Part shown: in pieces, positions 38,183-47,264 of the stretch
Layout of the letters: every line of letters starts with the position of its first letter
How positions within the stretch are numbered: the stretch's first letter is position 1
Origin: a virus
Lineage: Duplodnaviria; Caudoviricetes
DNA length: 59,479 nt
Direction: 5' to 3' (one strand)
IMG/VR virus record: IMGVR_UViG_3300036761_004206
Coordinates: 1 to 59,479 of that record
Notes under the pieces: generated by a model
Told to the model about the DNA's origin: nothing
What the model saw: the letters and a program-made list of their open reading frames with translations, nothing else
Database searches by the model: none
Position numbers and translations under genes: made by a program

Positions 38183-38425
38183 ATGGAACCAGAAGATATA
38201 AAAGAATATAAAGAAGGCCATAGAACTATAGTTTTCAATTTGTGTAATTTGCGGTACAAAGATCAAACCAAGTTTATTCAAATGTACCAAAATGCCATTA
38301 GAAACGGCATTGACGGGGTTAAATTCGTTAAGACTTGGAATCATTATGCCAAGGATATAAGCGAGCATGTGTTCTGGAGTATCAAGCCTGAACCCAATGC
38401 GACGTTTACTAAGCGAGGGAAATAA
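38183..38425 (+). CDS. hypothetical protein inserted between prkA and yeaH
   Basis: 80-aa ORF with AAGGAGA RBS. Confidence 0.65.
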   Translation: MEPEDIKEYKEGHRTIVFNLCNLRYKDQTKFIQMYQNAIRNGIDGVKFVKTWNHYAKDISEHVFWSIKPEPNATFTKRGK

Positions 38426-38478
38426 ATTATGGGAACGTAATCCATTGCTTCCTGCATCGCTCACAATACCAATGTTGA

Positions 38479-38604
38479 TGGAACTTTATTATTAAAGAGA
38501 ATTGGTGTAACGAGAATAAAATCGAGTTGATTGTAATTCCATATACCAAATTTAAAGAAATAGAAAACATAATAAAAGAGGTGATCCTTTGCCCCGTGCG
38601 ATAG
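38479..38604 (+). pseudogene. C-terminal relic of a Vsr/DUF559-like PD-(D/E)XK endonuclease
   Basis: Startless frame WNFIIKENWCNENKIELIVIPYTKFKEIENIIKEVILCPVR*, resembling the K..YC..N.I.LI.IPY tail of phage endonucleases. Confidence 0.55.
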
Positions 38605-39809
38605 AAGAAGATCATAAACACTTCAGAGATGTTATTGATGGGAAACTAAGAAAAGAACTCCAAAAGTATGTTAAACTGAACAAGTTTGTTCGTTTGCGTG
38701 CTAAGGGTGGTAAAGCCACAGTATCTATTCCAACCATTGATATACCGCATTTTGTTTACGGCGAAGGCGAAACAGGCATTGGTCGTGGACCTGGCAAAAA
38801 AGGCGACATTATTAAACGTGACCCGCAAAAAGGTGATGGTGATGGTCATGAAGCAGGTGAAGACGAGGGAGAGGGCATTCTTGTTAATGTTGGGCTAGAG
38901 TATTTCCTTGAAGAACTCCAAAAAGAACTCAAGCTGCCTAACCTTAAACCAAAACCTACCCAAACTTTCGAAGACATTAAGATTAAATATAACGACATCG
39001 CTTTAACAGGGCCAGAATCATTAAGGCACAATCGCCGCACCATCCTTCAAGCACTGAAGCGTCAGGCTGCTGCAAACGATTTGGACAAACTTTATTATAT
39101 TCCAGGGTCTACGGACCCAATGCGTATTATTAAGCCAATCAATTCTGACCGTCGTTATCGCCAGTATAAAGAAATTAAGATACCTAGCAGTAATGCTGTG
39201 GTTATGTTCGGACGTGATGGGTCTATTTCAATGGATGAAGAGAAATGTGATATTGTGTCCGATATGGCATACTGGATTGACGCCTGGATTAGAAGGTTTT
39301 ATGAGAAGGTTGAACGTTGCTATTTCTGGCATGACGTGGCCGCACAGGAAGTTGATGAAGAATACTTCTACAAATATCGTTATGGCGGTGGAACTCAGTG
39401 TTCTTCTTGTTTAAAACTCATGGCAAAACAGTTTGAAAATCGTTTCCCACCTGATAAATGGAATGTCTATTGCTTCTACTTTTCAGATGGCGAGAACCAG
39501 TATAATGATAATCCTGTGTTTAACGAGTCTTTAGCTAAAGATTTCCCTCCAACTGTATGTAACCTATTTGGTGTCACGCAGGTTTTATGTTATAACTATG
39601 CGAATAGTTTGAAGGAAAGTGTTGATAAGGAATCAGAAAAACTTTCTAATGTTAAGACAACTTCTATTGGCAATGAAAAGACTGTAGATTTTTCATCTGG
39701 CGATTGGAGCGCTCCTAAATTGTCCGAAGAAGAGAGAAACGAACAAATTAAGCAGGCACTCAAGACACTATTGAGTGAACTAAATGTAGAAGCGGGGGTT
39801 GGTATTTAA
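38589..39809 (+). CDS. yeaH: YeaH/YhbH (DUF444) vWA-domain protein
   Basis: DHKHFR, L.LPNLKPK, D.RYR, SNAVV..RDGSISM MIDAS, GGGT.CSS, WNVY.FYFSDGEN; TTG start after GAGG. Confidence 0.92.
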   Translation: MPRAIEEDHKHFRDVIDGKLRKELQKYVKLNKFVRLRAKGGKATVSIPTIDIPHFVYGEGETGIGRGPGKKGDIIKRDPQKGDGDGHEAGEDEGEGILVNVGLEYFLEELQKELKLPNLKPKPTQTFEDIKIKYNDIALTGPESLRHNRRTILQALKRQAAANDLDKLYYIPGSTDPMRIIKPINSDRRYRQYKEIKIPSSNAVVMFGRDGSISMDEEKCDIVSDMAYWIDAWIRRFYEKVERCYFWHDVAAQEVDEEYFYKYRYGGGTQCSSCLKLMAKQFENRFPPDKWNVYCFYFSDGENQYNDNPVFNESLAKDFPPTVCNLFGVTQVLCYNYANSLKESVDKESEKLSNVKTTSIGNEKTVDFSSGDWSAPKLSEEERNEQIKQALKTLLSELNVEAGVGI

Positions 39810-42724
39810 TGTCAAAATTCATGCGTGGATCGGCATTGCTTGAAGGGAATGATACTACTCCAGGGTGCCATCTAACAGACGAAGAAAAACGAGTGTTCAG
39901 TGAAGCCCTCGTTGAATGTAAGAAATATGGTTTGGATTTCTACCCGACTATTATCCAGAAGGTGCGTTATGATGAAATGTCGGAAATCGCCGCCTATGGT
40001 GGATTCCCACATCGTTACCCGCACTGGTATTGGGGTATGCAATACGAGGAACTTCAGCGTGGTTATGAATATAACCAGCATCGTATCTATGAGCTTGTAG
40101 TTAATTGTACGATTTCTGGAACTAAATTATTAACTTCTTTGGGAACGAAATTAGTTGAAGATATACGAGTGGGGGATATTGTTCTATCCAGGGATGGCTC
40201 TCGTAAGGTGGTATTTGTAAAAAAACAGTCTAAAGCCAAGGTATTAAGAGTAACTTTACACGACCATCATGTAGGGTTTACTTGTACACCAAATCATAAA
40301 TGGTGGACATTAAGAGATAGTTATGCTGAATGGATAGAAACTAAAGATTTAAGGTGTGGTGATTACATTTTAGGTGGTGGTAAATTTGATAATTTTTTGA
40401 ATCATGCTCCACAAATTACTTGGGATGAACAAAAAGTTTTAAAAGAAACTGCTCCAAATGTTAGATGGAAACTTAAAGATATAAAGACCCCCAAACAAAT
40501 AACTGTTCAGTTGGCAGAACTTTTAGGCATATGTACTGGAGATGGGTCTTGTGGTGTTCCATGTGCTGAAAATTTAATTATAGTATCTATAGATAAAAAA
40601 CAGGTTGGATACCAACAACATGTCTCTGGACTATTTTTTAATGTATTTAATGTTGCTGCCAAAATTGATGAAAAACCAAATTGTTGCACAGTAACAATGT
40701 CGAGCAAATATGCTGTTGATTTCATGAATAGTATTGGTCTTAAAAAAGGTGTAACGTATGACAACAAGAGAATTCCTGATATAATTTGGCAGTCTTCTAA
40801 TGAGTTTAGAGCAGCATATATGCGTGGTCTTTTTGATACTGATGGCTATGCAGGCACTTATTTGAGTTTTAGTGCAAAGAATGAAAACCTTGGAAAAGAC
40901 GTTCAATTAATGTTACTTGAGATGGGAATTAGAAGCAGGTTAAGCCATGTATTAAATAAGAATAATGATATTTGGGTGCTGTCTATAAAGGGACGGCCTA
41001 ATGTTGTTGAGTTTAATAATAGAATTGGTTTTAATTTAGATTATAAAAAAATAAGATTAGAGGCTCTTGTCAATGCTGGAAATCCATCAAGGGGAGATTA
41101 TAAAATACCTGGCATTCAGAAGTTAATTTTAAAACTCGTTAATGAACTTGAAAACCCTAAAAGACTTCCAAAGTGGATTAGGTCATTTAGGCATAGACTT
41201 GCGGAAATTGAGTATAATACAAACTCATTATGGATGAGTTTGTCTAAGTTGCTAGCTTGTGGTTATGAGCAATTTAGAGAAGTTTTTGGACTTCTTTCCA
41301 CCCCAATGTATGAAGTGCAATCAGTGGAAGAAGCTGGCGAACAAGAAACTTATGATATAGCTTTAGATCATGATGCACATGACTTTCTTGCTAATGGCTT
41401 GATATCACATAACACCAACCCATGTGTAATGTATATTATGGCATCCAACACCATGTTGGATAACGTGACAGTTGTGTTTCATGCTACTGGACATAATGAC
41501 TTCTTTAAAAACAATATTTTCTTCACACCAACTGACGAAAATATGATGAATAAGCTGTCCAGCAATGCCGCTCGTATCCGCAAGTATATTACCCGCTGGG
41601 GCAGAGAAAGAGTTACCGAGTTCATTGACCATATTCTAAGAATTCAAACCTTGATTGATCCAGCAAAAGCTTGGACAGAAAGAGTAATTCGGGAACCAGT
41701 CATTAAGGATAAACGAGAATATGAATACCCAAGAAGGCTAAGAATAGCCCCTGATCGCCTTCATATGGACTCTTGGATTAATCCCAAGAGCTTTATTGAC
41801 AAAGAATATAAAAAGATCGAAGAAAATGAACTGGCTAAAGAACTAGAACTTTTCCAGATATCAGATAAGGATATCTTTGGGTTCTTGAAGGACTACGCCC
41901 ACTTAAAGCCTTGGCAGCAGGACATTATTAGTATGCTTTATGAGGAGTCAATGTATTTCTCCCCACAAAGAGCTACTAAGACCCTTAATGAAGGTTGGGC
42001 GTCGATGATGGACTATGAGTTCATGACCCGCCAAGGTTTTTGTGCATTGGGCCAGAAAAATCATGATATGGGCATTGTGGAATATGCAGTCCATAAGATG
42101 GGAGTTCTTGGCGGCAAATATAGCGTCAACCCATATAAAACTGGCTTCTATTTGCTCCTTGATATCGAGGAACGATGGAATAAAGGTCAATTTGGTACTG
42201 AATACGAAGAATGCAAGTATATGAAGCAGAAGGAAGATTGGGATACAAAAGCTGGTCTTGGTAAGCAGAAGATTTTTGAAGTAAGAAAGTATTACAATGA
42301 TGTAACTTTCATCAATGAGTTCTTCACTCAAGAGTTTTGTAACAAGTTTGAATATTTCGAATATAAGCATTATCCGAACGGTGAGTGGAAAATTGAAGGT
42401 CGAGACGCCAAAATTATTAAGAGAAAACTTTTACAGAAGCACGTTAACGGCGGTTTGCCAGATATCCGCATTGTTGATCCTAACCATAGAAATAAGAATT
42501 ACTTCCTACTACAACACTACAGAAATGAACTTGATGATCGCGTTTTATATGATCCGTATGCCAGGTCGGTCATGACTTCGATATATTATCTTTGGGGCAA
42601 AGATGTTATGTTAGCGACCACAGATAGAAATAACGATGAATTTGTCTATGTTTGTGTAGGTACAAATCCAGAAAAAGATGTTGTTTTATTAAGCAGAGAA
42701 GACTATGAAAAGACATGGACGTAA
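39809..42724 (+). CDS. spoVR: SpoVR/YcgB family protein, intein-containing
   Basis: GLDFYP, GFPHRYPHW..G..Y, IYELVVN|TNPC, HA.GHNDFFKNN, YF.PQ..TK.LNEGWAS, NPY..G. Confidence 0.93.
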   Translation: MSKFMRGSALLEGNDTTPGCHLTDEEKRVFSEALVECKKYGLDFYPTIIQKVRYDEMSEIAAYGGFPHRYPHWYWGMQYEELQRGYEYNQHRIYELVVNCTISGTKLLTSLGTKLVEDIRVGDIVLSRDGSRKVVFVKKQSKAKVLRVTLHDHHVGFTCTPNHKWWTLRDSYAEWIETKDLRCGDYILGGGKFDNFLNHAPQITWDEQKVLKETAPNVRWKLKDIKTPKQITVQLAELLGICTGDGSCGVPCAENLIIVSIDKKQVGYQQHVSGLFFNVFNVAAKIDEKPNCCTVTMSSKYAVDFMNSIGLKKGVTYDNKRIPDIIWQSSNEFRAAYMRGLFDTDGYAGTYLSFSAKNENLGKDVQLMLLEMGIRSRLSHVLNKNNDIWVLSIKGRPNVVEFNNRIGFNLDYKKIRLEALVNAGNPSRGDYKIPGIQKLILKLVNELENPKRLPKWIRSFRHRLAEIEYNTNSLWMSLSKLLACGYEQFREVFGLLSTPMYEVQSVEEAGEQETYDIALDHDAHDFLANGLISHNTNPCVMYIMASNTMLDNVTVVFHATGHNDFFKNNIFFTPTDENMMNKLSSNAARIRKYITRWGRERVTEFIDHILRIQTLIDPAKAWTERVIREPVIKDKREYEYPRRLRIAPDRLHMDSWINPKSFIDKEYKKIEENELAKELELFQISDKDIFGFLKDYAHLKPWQQDIISMLYEESMYFSPQRATKTLNEGWASMMDYEFMTRQGFCALGQKNHDMGIVEYAVHKMGVLGGKYSVNPYKTGFYLLLDIEERWNKGQFGTEYEECKYMKQKEDWDTKAGLGKQKIFEVRKYYNDVTFINEFFTQEFCNKFEYFEYKHYPNGEWKIEGRDAKIIKRKLLQKHVNGGLPDIRIVDPNHRNKNYFLLQHYRNELDDRVLYDPYARSVMTSIYYLWGKDVMLATTDRNNDEFVYVCVGTNPEKDVVLLSREDYEKTWT
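40106..41413 (+). mobile_element. intein with LAGLIDADG endonuclease in SpoVR
   Basis: Starts CTISGT, block B TPNHKW, LLGICTGDG and YMRGLFDTDG, block F TYDIAL, ends ISHN before Thr; AT-richer than exteins. Confidence 0.92.
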
Positions 42725-42987
42725 CGTTGATTTTTGGCTCGTTGGGGATAGTTTTTTATCTATTTTTAATGCCTTTTGTGGGTGGTTGGTCATTCTTCCT
42801 GGGTGGTATAAATGCTTTAGCTGATTACAACCCCGAATTCGATGAACTAAAGAAAAAGCACACTGCTATTTTGGATATAATCCTTGGCAGTGTGCTTTTA
42901 TTATTTTTTAATGGTTTATTTTGGTTTGTGGTGTGGCCTCTAGTTGTATCCTTTTATAATCTTAATTTACCAATATTTTCATGGTAG
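42715..42987 (+). CDS. small 2-TM membrane protein
   Basis: Two hydrophobic segments; overlaps spoVR stop. Confidence 0.65.
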   Translation: MDVTLIFGSLGIVFYLFLMPFVGGWSFFLGGINALADYNPEFDELKKKHTAILDIILGSVLLLFFNGLFWFVVWPLVVSFYNLNLPIFSW

Positions 42988-42989
42988 AG

Positions 42990-42997
42990 TATAAATA
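42990..42997 (+). promoter_or_regulatory. T4-type late promoter consensus TATAAATA
   Basis: Exact TATAAATA 17 nt upstream of putative virion gene 43015. Confidence 0.5.
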
Positions 42998-43014
42998 ATG
43001 TAAAGGGGATTTTT

Positions 43015-43455
43015 ATGGCCGCAATGAGCAATTATTTGGAAGGGGAACTTATAAACCTTATTTTCCGTACAGCAACTTACTCAAAGCCAGCAACCATAGC
43101 TATTGCTCTTTGTACCGCCGCTCCTACAGATGCCAGTACAGGCGCAACGATACCAGAAGTAGCTAGCGCATTTGGTTATGCAAGAGTAGCATTCGGCCCC
43201 GCAAATGCCAATTGGTCTGCCCCTATAGCTGGTGATGGCACAACTAAAAACGTTACGGCTATAACATTCCCCCAAGCCAGCGGTGGTAGTTGGGGTACAA
43301 TTACCTATGTTGCAATAGTAGATAGTACCACTTATGGTGCTGGTAATATGTTATTCTATGGAGTTTTAACCACGCCTAAAATCATAGATGACATGGATAT
43401 ATTTGCCTTCGCAATTAGTCAGCTAGATATACAAATTGACGGTGTATGTCCTTAA
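43015..43455 (+). CDS. putative virion/tail-associated protein
   Basis: MSNYLE..LIN..FR..Y..P....AL.TAAP.D...EV....YARVA, ITFP.A...WGTIT..AI.D....GN.L.YG.L..PK, a recurrent phage tail-region family. Confidence 0.7.
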   Translation: MAAMSNYLEGELINLIFRTATYSKPATIAIALCTAAPTDASTGATIPEVASAFGYARVAFGPANANWSAPIAGDGTTKNVTAITFPQASGGSWGTITYVAIVDSTTYGAGNMLFYGVLTTPKIIDDMDIFAFAISQLDIQIDGVCP

Positions 43456-44120
43456 CATCTACGACCTTTATTAATCCTTAAATTTATTGTTTTGGATGAA
43501 TTTATCTTCGGTACATTAATAGTACCGCCAGTCTTCGGTACATTAACAGTGCCGCCAGTCTTCGGTACATTAATAGTGCCGCCAGTCTTCGGTACATTAA
43601 TAGTGCCGCCAGTCTTCGGTACATTGAGGCCAGATTTGACACAGGCATTAGCAGGTTTACTACTCCCCCCACGAATGATCCTAGTGATTGTAGTTTTCCC
43701 AATAAGAATTTTTGCAATAGTTCTAAGTCTTGCAGAAGCACCAGCAAGTTTACCAGGATTGGCTGTAAAAGTAGTAATGCAATGCAGCCTAGCTGTACCA
43801 CCAGAGGTTTTTATTGCATTAGCATCAACATTAGCAACACATAGAAGGTCAGCGTTAGCATTAGCAAACTTCATAGCATTAGCATCAACATTAGCAACAC
43901 ATAGAAGGTCAGCATTCGCATTAGCAAATTTCATAGCATTAGCATCAACATCAGCAACGCAAAGAAGGTCAGCATTCGCATTAGCAAATTTCATAGCATT
44001 AGCTGTAGTGGTGGACACACATAGTAGGTCTGCACTTGAACAATCTTGAACATTTGGAGCGTGGGTGCGCAATGTGCCAGTCCCACAGGTTGTTGGATCA
44101 TGAGTAAGTAAATGTGCCAT
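43452..44120 (-). CDS. repeat-containing putative fibre/structural protein
   Basis: 20-aa repeats (ANADLLCVANVDANAMKFAN) and 9-aa repeats (NVPKTGGTI); coupled to upstream gene. Confidence 0.6.
   Translation of the reverse strand: MAHLLTHDPTTCGTGTLRTHAPNVQDCSSADLLCVSTTTANAMKFANANADLLCVADVDANAMKFANANADLLCVANVDANAMKFANANADLLCVANVDANAIKTSGGTARLHCITTFTANPGKLAGASARLRTIAKILIGKTTITRIIRGGSSKPANACVKSGLNVPKTGGTINVPKTGGTINVPKTGGTVNVPKTGGTINVPKINSSKTINLRINKGRRC
43505..43625. repeat. 27-bp tandem repeat (~4.4 copies)
   Basis: TTCGGTACATTAATAGTGCCGCCAGTC units, head-to-tail with no spacers. Confidence 0.95.
43816..44034. repeat. 60-bp tandem repeat (~3.6 copies)
   Basis: GCATTAGCATCAACATTAGCAACACATAGAAGGTCAGC... 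repeated at 60-nt period. Confidence 0.9.
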
Positions 44121-44914
44121 TATTGCACCGTAGTTGTCCAGACCATGCTTTGGGTTGGCGTAGTGTTAGGTCTTATTACTGTTACATAAACAGTATCACC
44201 AGGGTTTTCCACACCATTATAAAGCAAGGAAATCTGTCCAACCCCATCTGTAGTAGTAAGTCCAAACTGACGACGCAACATCCAATTACTGTTTGTCGCT
44301 ACGCCACTGTCATATGCATCAATAGCAATTTTAACTGTTTCACTGGCGATGGCAGTACAAGTAGAATCCATAAGAACGAATCTTATGTACTCAAACAAGT
44401 AATTTTCTACTTGTTGGTTAACCTCAGTTGGCAATTCTACTGCTGGCAAAAAGACTGTAACTGTTGCCCCAACAGTTGGGTCATAAGACCAAGTGATTGT
44501 ATCACCTTTATGAACTAGAATTGGTATGCGAAATACCCATTTATTGTTTCCAGAACCGCTACGATAAGTTGTTGTTTGGGCTACAGCATTGACTTTAATG
44601 GTGTGTCCTGTGGCTGTTCCGCCTACAATCAGTGCTGGGTCTGCCATCATAGCATCGAAATGCACAGTAATATCTTGGTAGGGCGAAGTCCAATCTCTAT
44701 CACTATCAAGTGTAAACCCTGATGCAAACTGAGGGGTCGTCATTACTCTCATTGAGTTCTTGGGTGAACCGCCAGCAGCAGGCCGACCATTTTGGTTAAT
44801 AGTACCTCGCGCAAACTGACTATCCCACCAAACAGGCAGATTATCTTTACCTAGTACACCTGCGGTTCCGCCGCCTATTATTCTTCCAAGAACTTTTCTA
44901 ACGATTAACCCCAT
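44120..44914 (-). CDS. putative virion structural protein (beta-rich)
   Basis: Gly/Thr/Val-rich 264-aa ORF in operon with other structural-looking genes. Confidence 0.6.
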   Translation of the reverse strand: MGLIVRKVLGRIIGGGTAGVLGKDNLPVWWDSQFARGTINQNGRPAAGGSPKNSMRVMTTPQFASGFTLDSDRDWTSPYQDITVHFDAMMADPALIVGGTATGHTIKVNAVAQTTTYRSGSGNNKWVFRIPILVHKGDTITWSYDPTVGATVTVFLPAVELPTEVNQQVENYLFEYIRFVLMDSTCTAIASETVKIAIDAYDSGVATNSNWMLRRQFGLTTTDGVGQISLLYNGVENPGDTVYVTVIRPNTTPTQSMVWTTTVQ

Positions 44915-45780
44915 GCAACATCCACCTCCCCTAAAATGTTAGCACCTGTTGCTGAGCCGAAAAATACCATGAACATTAAGCAACCACCATCGTAGACACG
45001 CTCCAAGCTGGATATTTGATTAACTAAATCACGTTCACCATATGTTAAGACTGTTGGGAGTGGCAATACTGCTAATGGTCTTACTAAGACTAATGCTTCT
45101 AATCCAGTGTTGGCAGCAGAGAATGTTATGTTGGTTAATTGTTGAACCCCGCTATCTCCAGCCATTAATGGCAGGAATGGGCCACCAACGGTGGTTATAA
45201 CACGGGAACCTAATGTGGCTGTAGGAGCAGCCGTGGATACTGTTACGGCCACGGCAGGCGTAGTCGGCATTGTAGCACCAGCATTACCGTCCTGGTCAAC
45301 ATATGTCAAGGTTGTGATGTTACTTGCGGTAGCACCTCCTGCTGCTGCGGCCACTAGAGATATTTGTAATCCGCCCTGACCAATAGTTGTATATCTGTTA
45401 GGTGGTGTGCCATTTGTGAATACCTGAGAGACTGCGGATTGGGTTAAAGGATAATAGCCCACTTGGTCAACTAGCCATATAGTCGGTGGTACAGCACCAG
45501 CGGTAGCCATGCCATTCATATAAATCAGGTCTTTAAAGTCTGGGGATTTATTGCCGCCTGTATAAAGGGAACCTGGGTCTGTATCTACTGTTCTTGCAAA
45601 GTCTAGTGCCGCGCCTGTATAAGTGACGCCAGCGCCAGGCATACCACCAACTGGCCACATGTGATACCAAACGGAAGCTACTGGAGCGGTTGTTGCTGTT
45701 TTGTTGTACGGGCAAATAAGGCGTTTTCCAGCTACGCTCATTTCTGCTGTTAGATCATCTTGGCTTGTAAATCCTGGCAT
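44905..45780 (-). CDS. putative virion structural protein
   Basis: MPGFTSQDDL, TYVDQDGNAG, GPFLPL.AGDSGV, LVLVRPLA; Ala/Gly/Thr-rich; AGGAG RBS. Confidence 0.65.
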   Translation of the reverse strand: MPGFTSQDDLTAEMSVAGKRLICPYNKTATTAPVASVWYHMWPVGGMPGAGVTYTGAALDFARTVDTDPGSLYTGGNKSPDFKDLIYMNGMATAGAVPPTIWLVDQVGYYPLTQSAVSQVFTNGTPPNRYTTIGQGGLQISLVAAAAGGATASNITTLTYVDQDGNAGATMPTTPAVAVTVSTAAPTATLGSRVITTVGGPFLPLMAGDSGVQQLTNITFSAANTGLEALVLVRPLAVLPLPTVLTYGERDLVNQISSLERVYDGGCLMFMVFFGSATGANILGEVDVAWG

Positions 45781-45795
45781 TTTATTTCTCCCTTA

Positions 45796-46773
45796 TTAGC
45801 CAACTATTTTTTTCATGGTTGTTCGAATAGACCTGTAATTAGCTAAAGCTTCAATTAAGTTGTGTTCTGGACGCATCATAACATGTTGTTTTCTACTCTG
45901 TAAGATGTTTCCAGCTTCTGTTGGAGTGCCTTGAATCGTTTTAGCTCTGCGAGCATTATCTTCTGGCACAACAGGCTGTCCTCTGGAATTAATGCTGTCT
46001 GCTTTATGCGGCATAGTTCTTGAAGCTGGTCTTTCAGGAACTATATCGTCTGTAGCTGGTTCTGCGGTAATTTCATTTATCGCTTTTGCTAACTGACGAG
46101 CAACGTCCCTGCCATTTGACTCATTAGCTAACCTGGCAGCGATTTCAGCATAGCTTTCAGGCTGGCTTAGAATAATGCTCATCAATGGTTCAAAACCACC
46201 CTTTCTCTTTAATTCCCTTACTAACGTTTCGATAAGAAGTTCATCCTGTTTGATAATTTCAACAGTTTCAATAACTTGCTTTGTGCCGTTAGCATTTTGC
46301 TTTTTCAGGACATATTCTGCGTACTGACCTGTTGGCATTCCCTGCGTCTTCTTAAGGAATTGTTCTGTCTTTGTGTCTTCTGGCGTTGTGTCGTGCATTT
46401 TCTTCATATAAAGAGACTGATCCATAGTCTTTGGATGATAAATCAAGTCCTTTGGACCTTTTTGGCCTAGTGGGTCTTTATAATTACCCTTGACAGGACT
46501 TTTTTCACCTTTTTCGTCAGCAGCGTGTTGAATGCCTGGATCGGTGCCTGGACCCATGTAAGGAACAGGCTTGGTGCCGTCGCCGCCATCTTCAACTTGC
46601 GCAGCTTCGTCTTTAACCTGGAAATTTTTCCAGTTTTTGCCCTTGGTCTGAGCCTTTGGTGGTTTTGGAGCATTTTTACCAGAAGGTCCAGTGTCTGCAC
46701 GCCCGTCTACGTCGGCTTTCTTCTGCACGTCGCCCTTATCGTTCAAATATTCCTTGAATTTGGTGAATGCCAT
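45796..46773 (-). CDS. hypothetical protein with CTS-like N-terminus (possible head core protein)
   Basis: Start reassigned to MAFTKFKEYLN after GAGGA; the longer ORF-track start runs into the tmRNA. Confidence 0.75.
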   Translation of the reverse strand: MAFTKFKEYLNDKGDVQKKADVDGRADTGPSGKNAPKPPKAQTKGKNWKNFQVKDEAAQVEDGGDGTKPVPYMGPGTDPGIQHAADEKGEKSPVKGNYKDPLGQKGPKDLIYHPKTMDQSLYMKKMHDTTPEDTKTEQFLKKTQGMPTGQYAEYVLKKQNANGTKQVIETVEIIKQDELLIETLVRELKRKGGFEPLMSIILSQPESYAEIAARLANESNGRDVARQLAKAINEITAEPATDDIVPERPASRTMPHKADSINSRGQPVVPEDNARRAKTIQGTPTEAGNILQSRKQHVMMRPEHNLIEALANYRSIRTTMKKIVG

Positions 46774-46802
46774 AATTTTTTCCTCTTTCCGTATATATCC
46801 AT

Positions 46803-46830
46803 TTGACAAAAACATTTTCTGTAGTAATAT
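46803..46830 (+). promoter_or_regulatory. sigma70-like promoter for tmRNA
   Basis: TTGACA (46803-46808), 16 nt, TAATAT (46825-46830), 10 nt before mature 5' end. Confidence 0.55.
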
Positions 46831-46840
46831 ATAGAGTATC

Positions 46841-47195
46841 GGGGGTGACACTGGTTTCGACTCCGTAGCAAGTGGATTGATGTGCAGGCAGTAGTTGGTC
46901 AGCAGGCTACTTAAAAAGCCGACCAAGTTCTACACGCAACTCATAATGAGTATGCTCTAGCGGCCTAATAACCGCTGGTGGACGACAGAAGCGAATGCCG
47001 ATAGCGTCTGGAAGTCCAACGTAAAATTTGGCTGCTCTTTAGAACGGCAACTGTTCTAGAGCTAAGATTAGTTGCAACGGTTAGTATGAGATTTGTTTGC
47101 TGTTCTTATATTAACTTAGATTAAACAACAAACTAAGCCTGTAGAGAGTCAGTTTACTCTACGCGAGGACGCGGGTTCGACTCCCGCCACCTCCA
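46841..47195 (+). ncRNA. ssrA: tmRNA (one-piece), tag peptide (A)ATHNEYALAA
   Basis: 5' GGGGGTGAcactGGtttCGAC; 3' T-arm GCGGGTTCGACTCCCGC and CACCTCC-A acceptor with G3:U; tag ORF 46936-46968 GCA ACT CAT AAT GAG TAT GCT CTA GCG GCC TAA TAA; CCA not encoded. Confidence 0.95.
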
Positions 47196-47200
47196 ATTTA

Positions 47201-47238
47201 AATCCTCCTTACTATAACAGGTAAGGAGGATTTTTTTT
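47201..47238 (+). terminator. intrinsic terminator after tmRNA
   Basis: 12-bp stem AATCCTCCTTAC/GTAAGGAGGATT plus T-tract. Confidence 0.85.
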
Positions 47239-47264
47239 ATGCAAACAGATTTTATATATAATTA

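Noticed and set aside
22670-42724. Bacterial chromosomal LPS and sporulation locus
   Set aside because: Interleaved with gp32-like, gp14-like, dNMP kinase, homing endonucleases and many orphans, with no housekeeping operons; a viral origin fits better, although capsid and terminase genes are not in this window
43505-43625. 27-bp repeats as a CRISPR array
   Set aside because: Units are head-to-tail with no unique spacers, keep frame within a CDS, and no cas genes are in the window
46774-46926. N-terminal extension of the 376-aa ORF (45796-46926)
   Set aside because: Overlaps the tmRNA and its promoter on the opposite strand; a better start with RBS is at 46773
47160-47195. tRNA gene or prophage attachment site
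   Set aside because: The T-arm and acceptor belong to the tmRNA; no anticodon arm, no duplicated 3' end and no integrase seen
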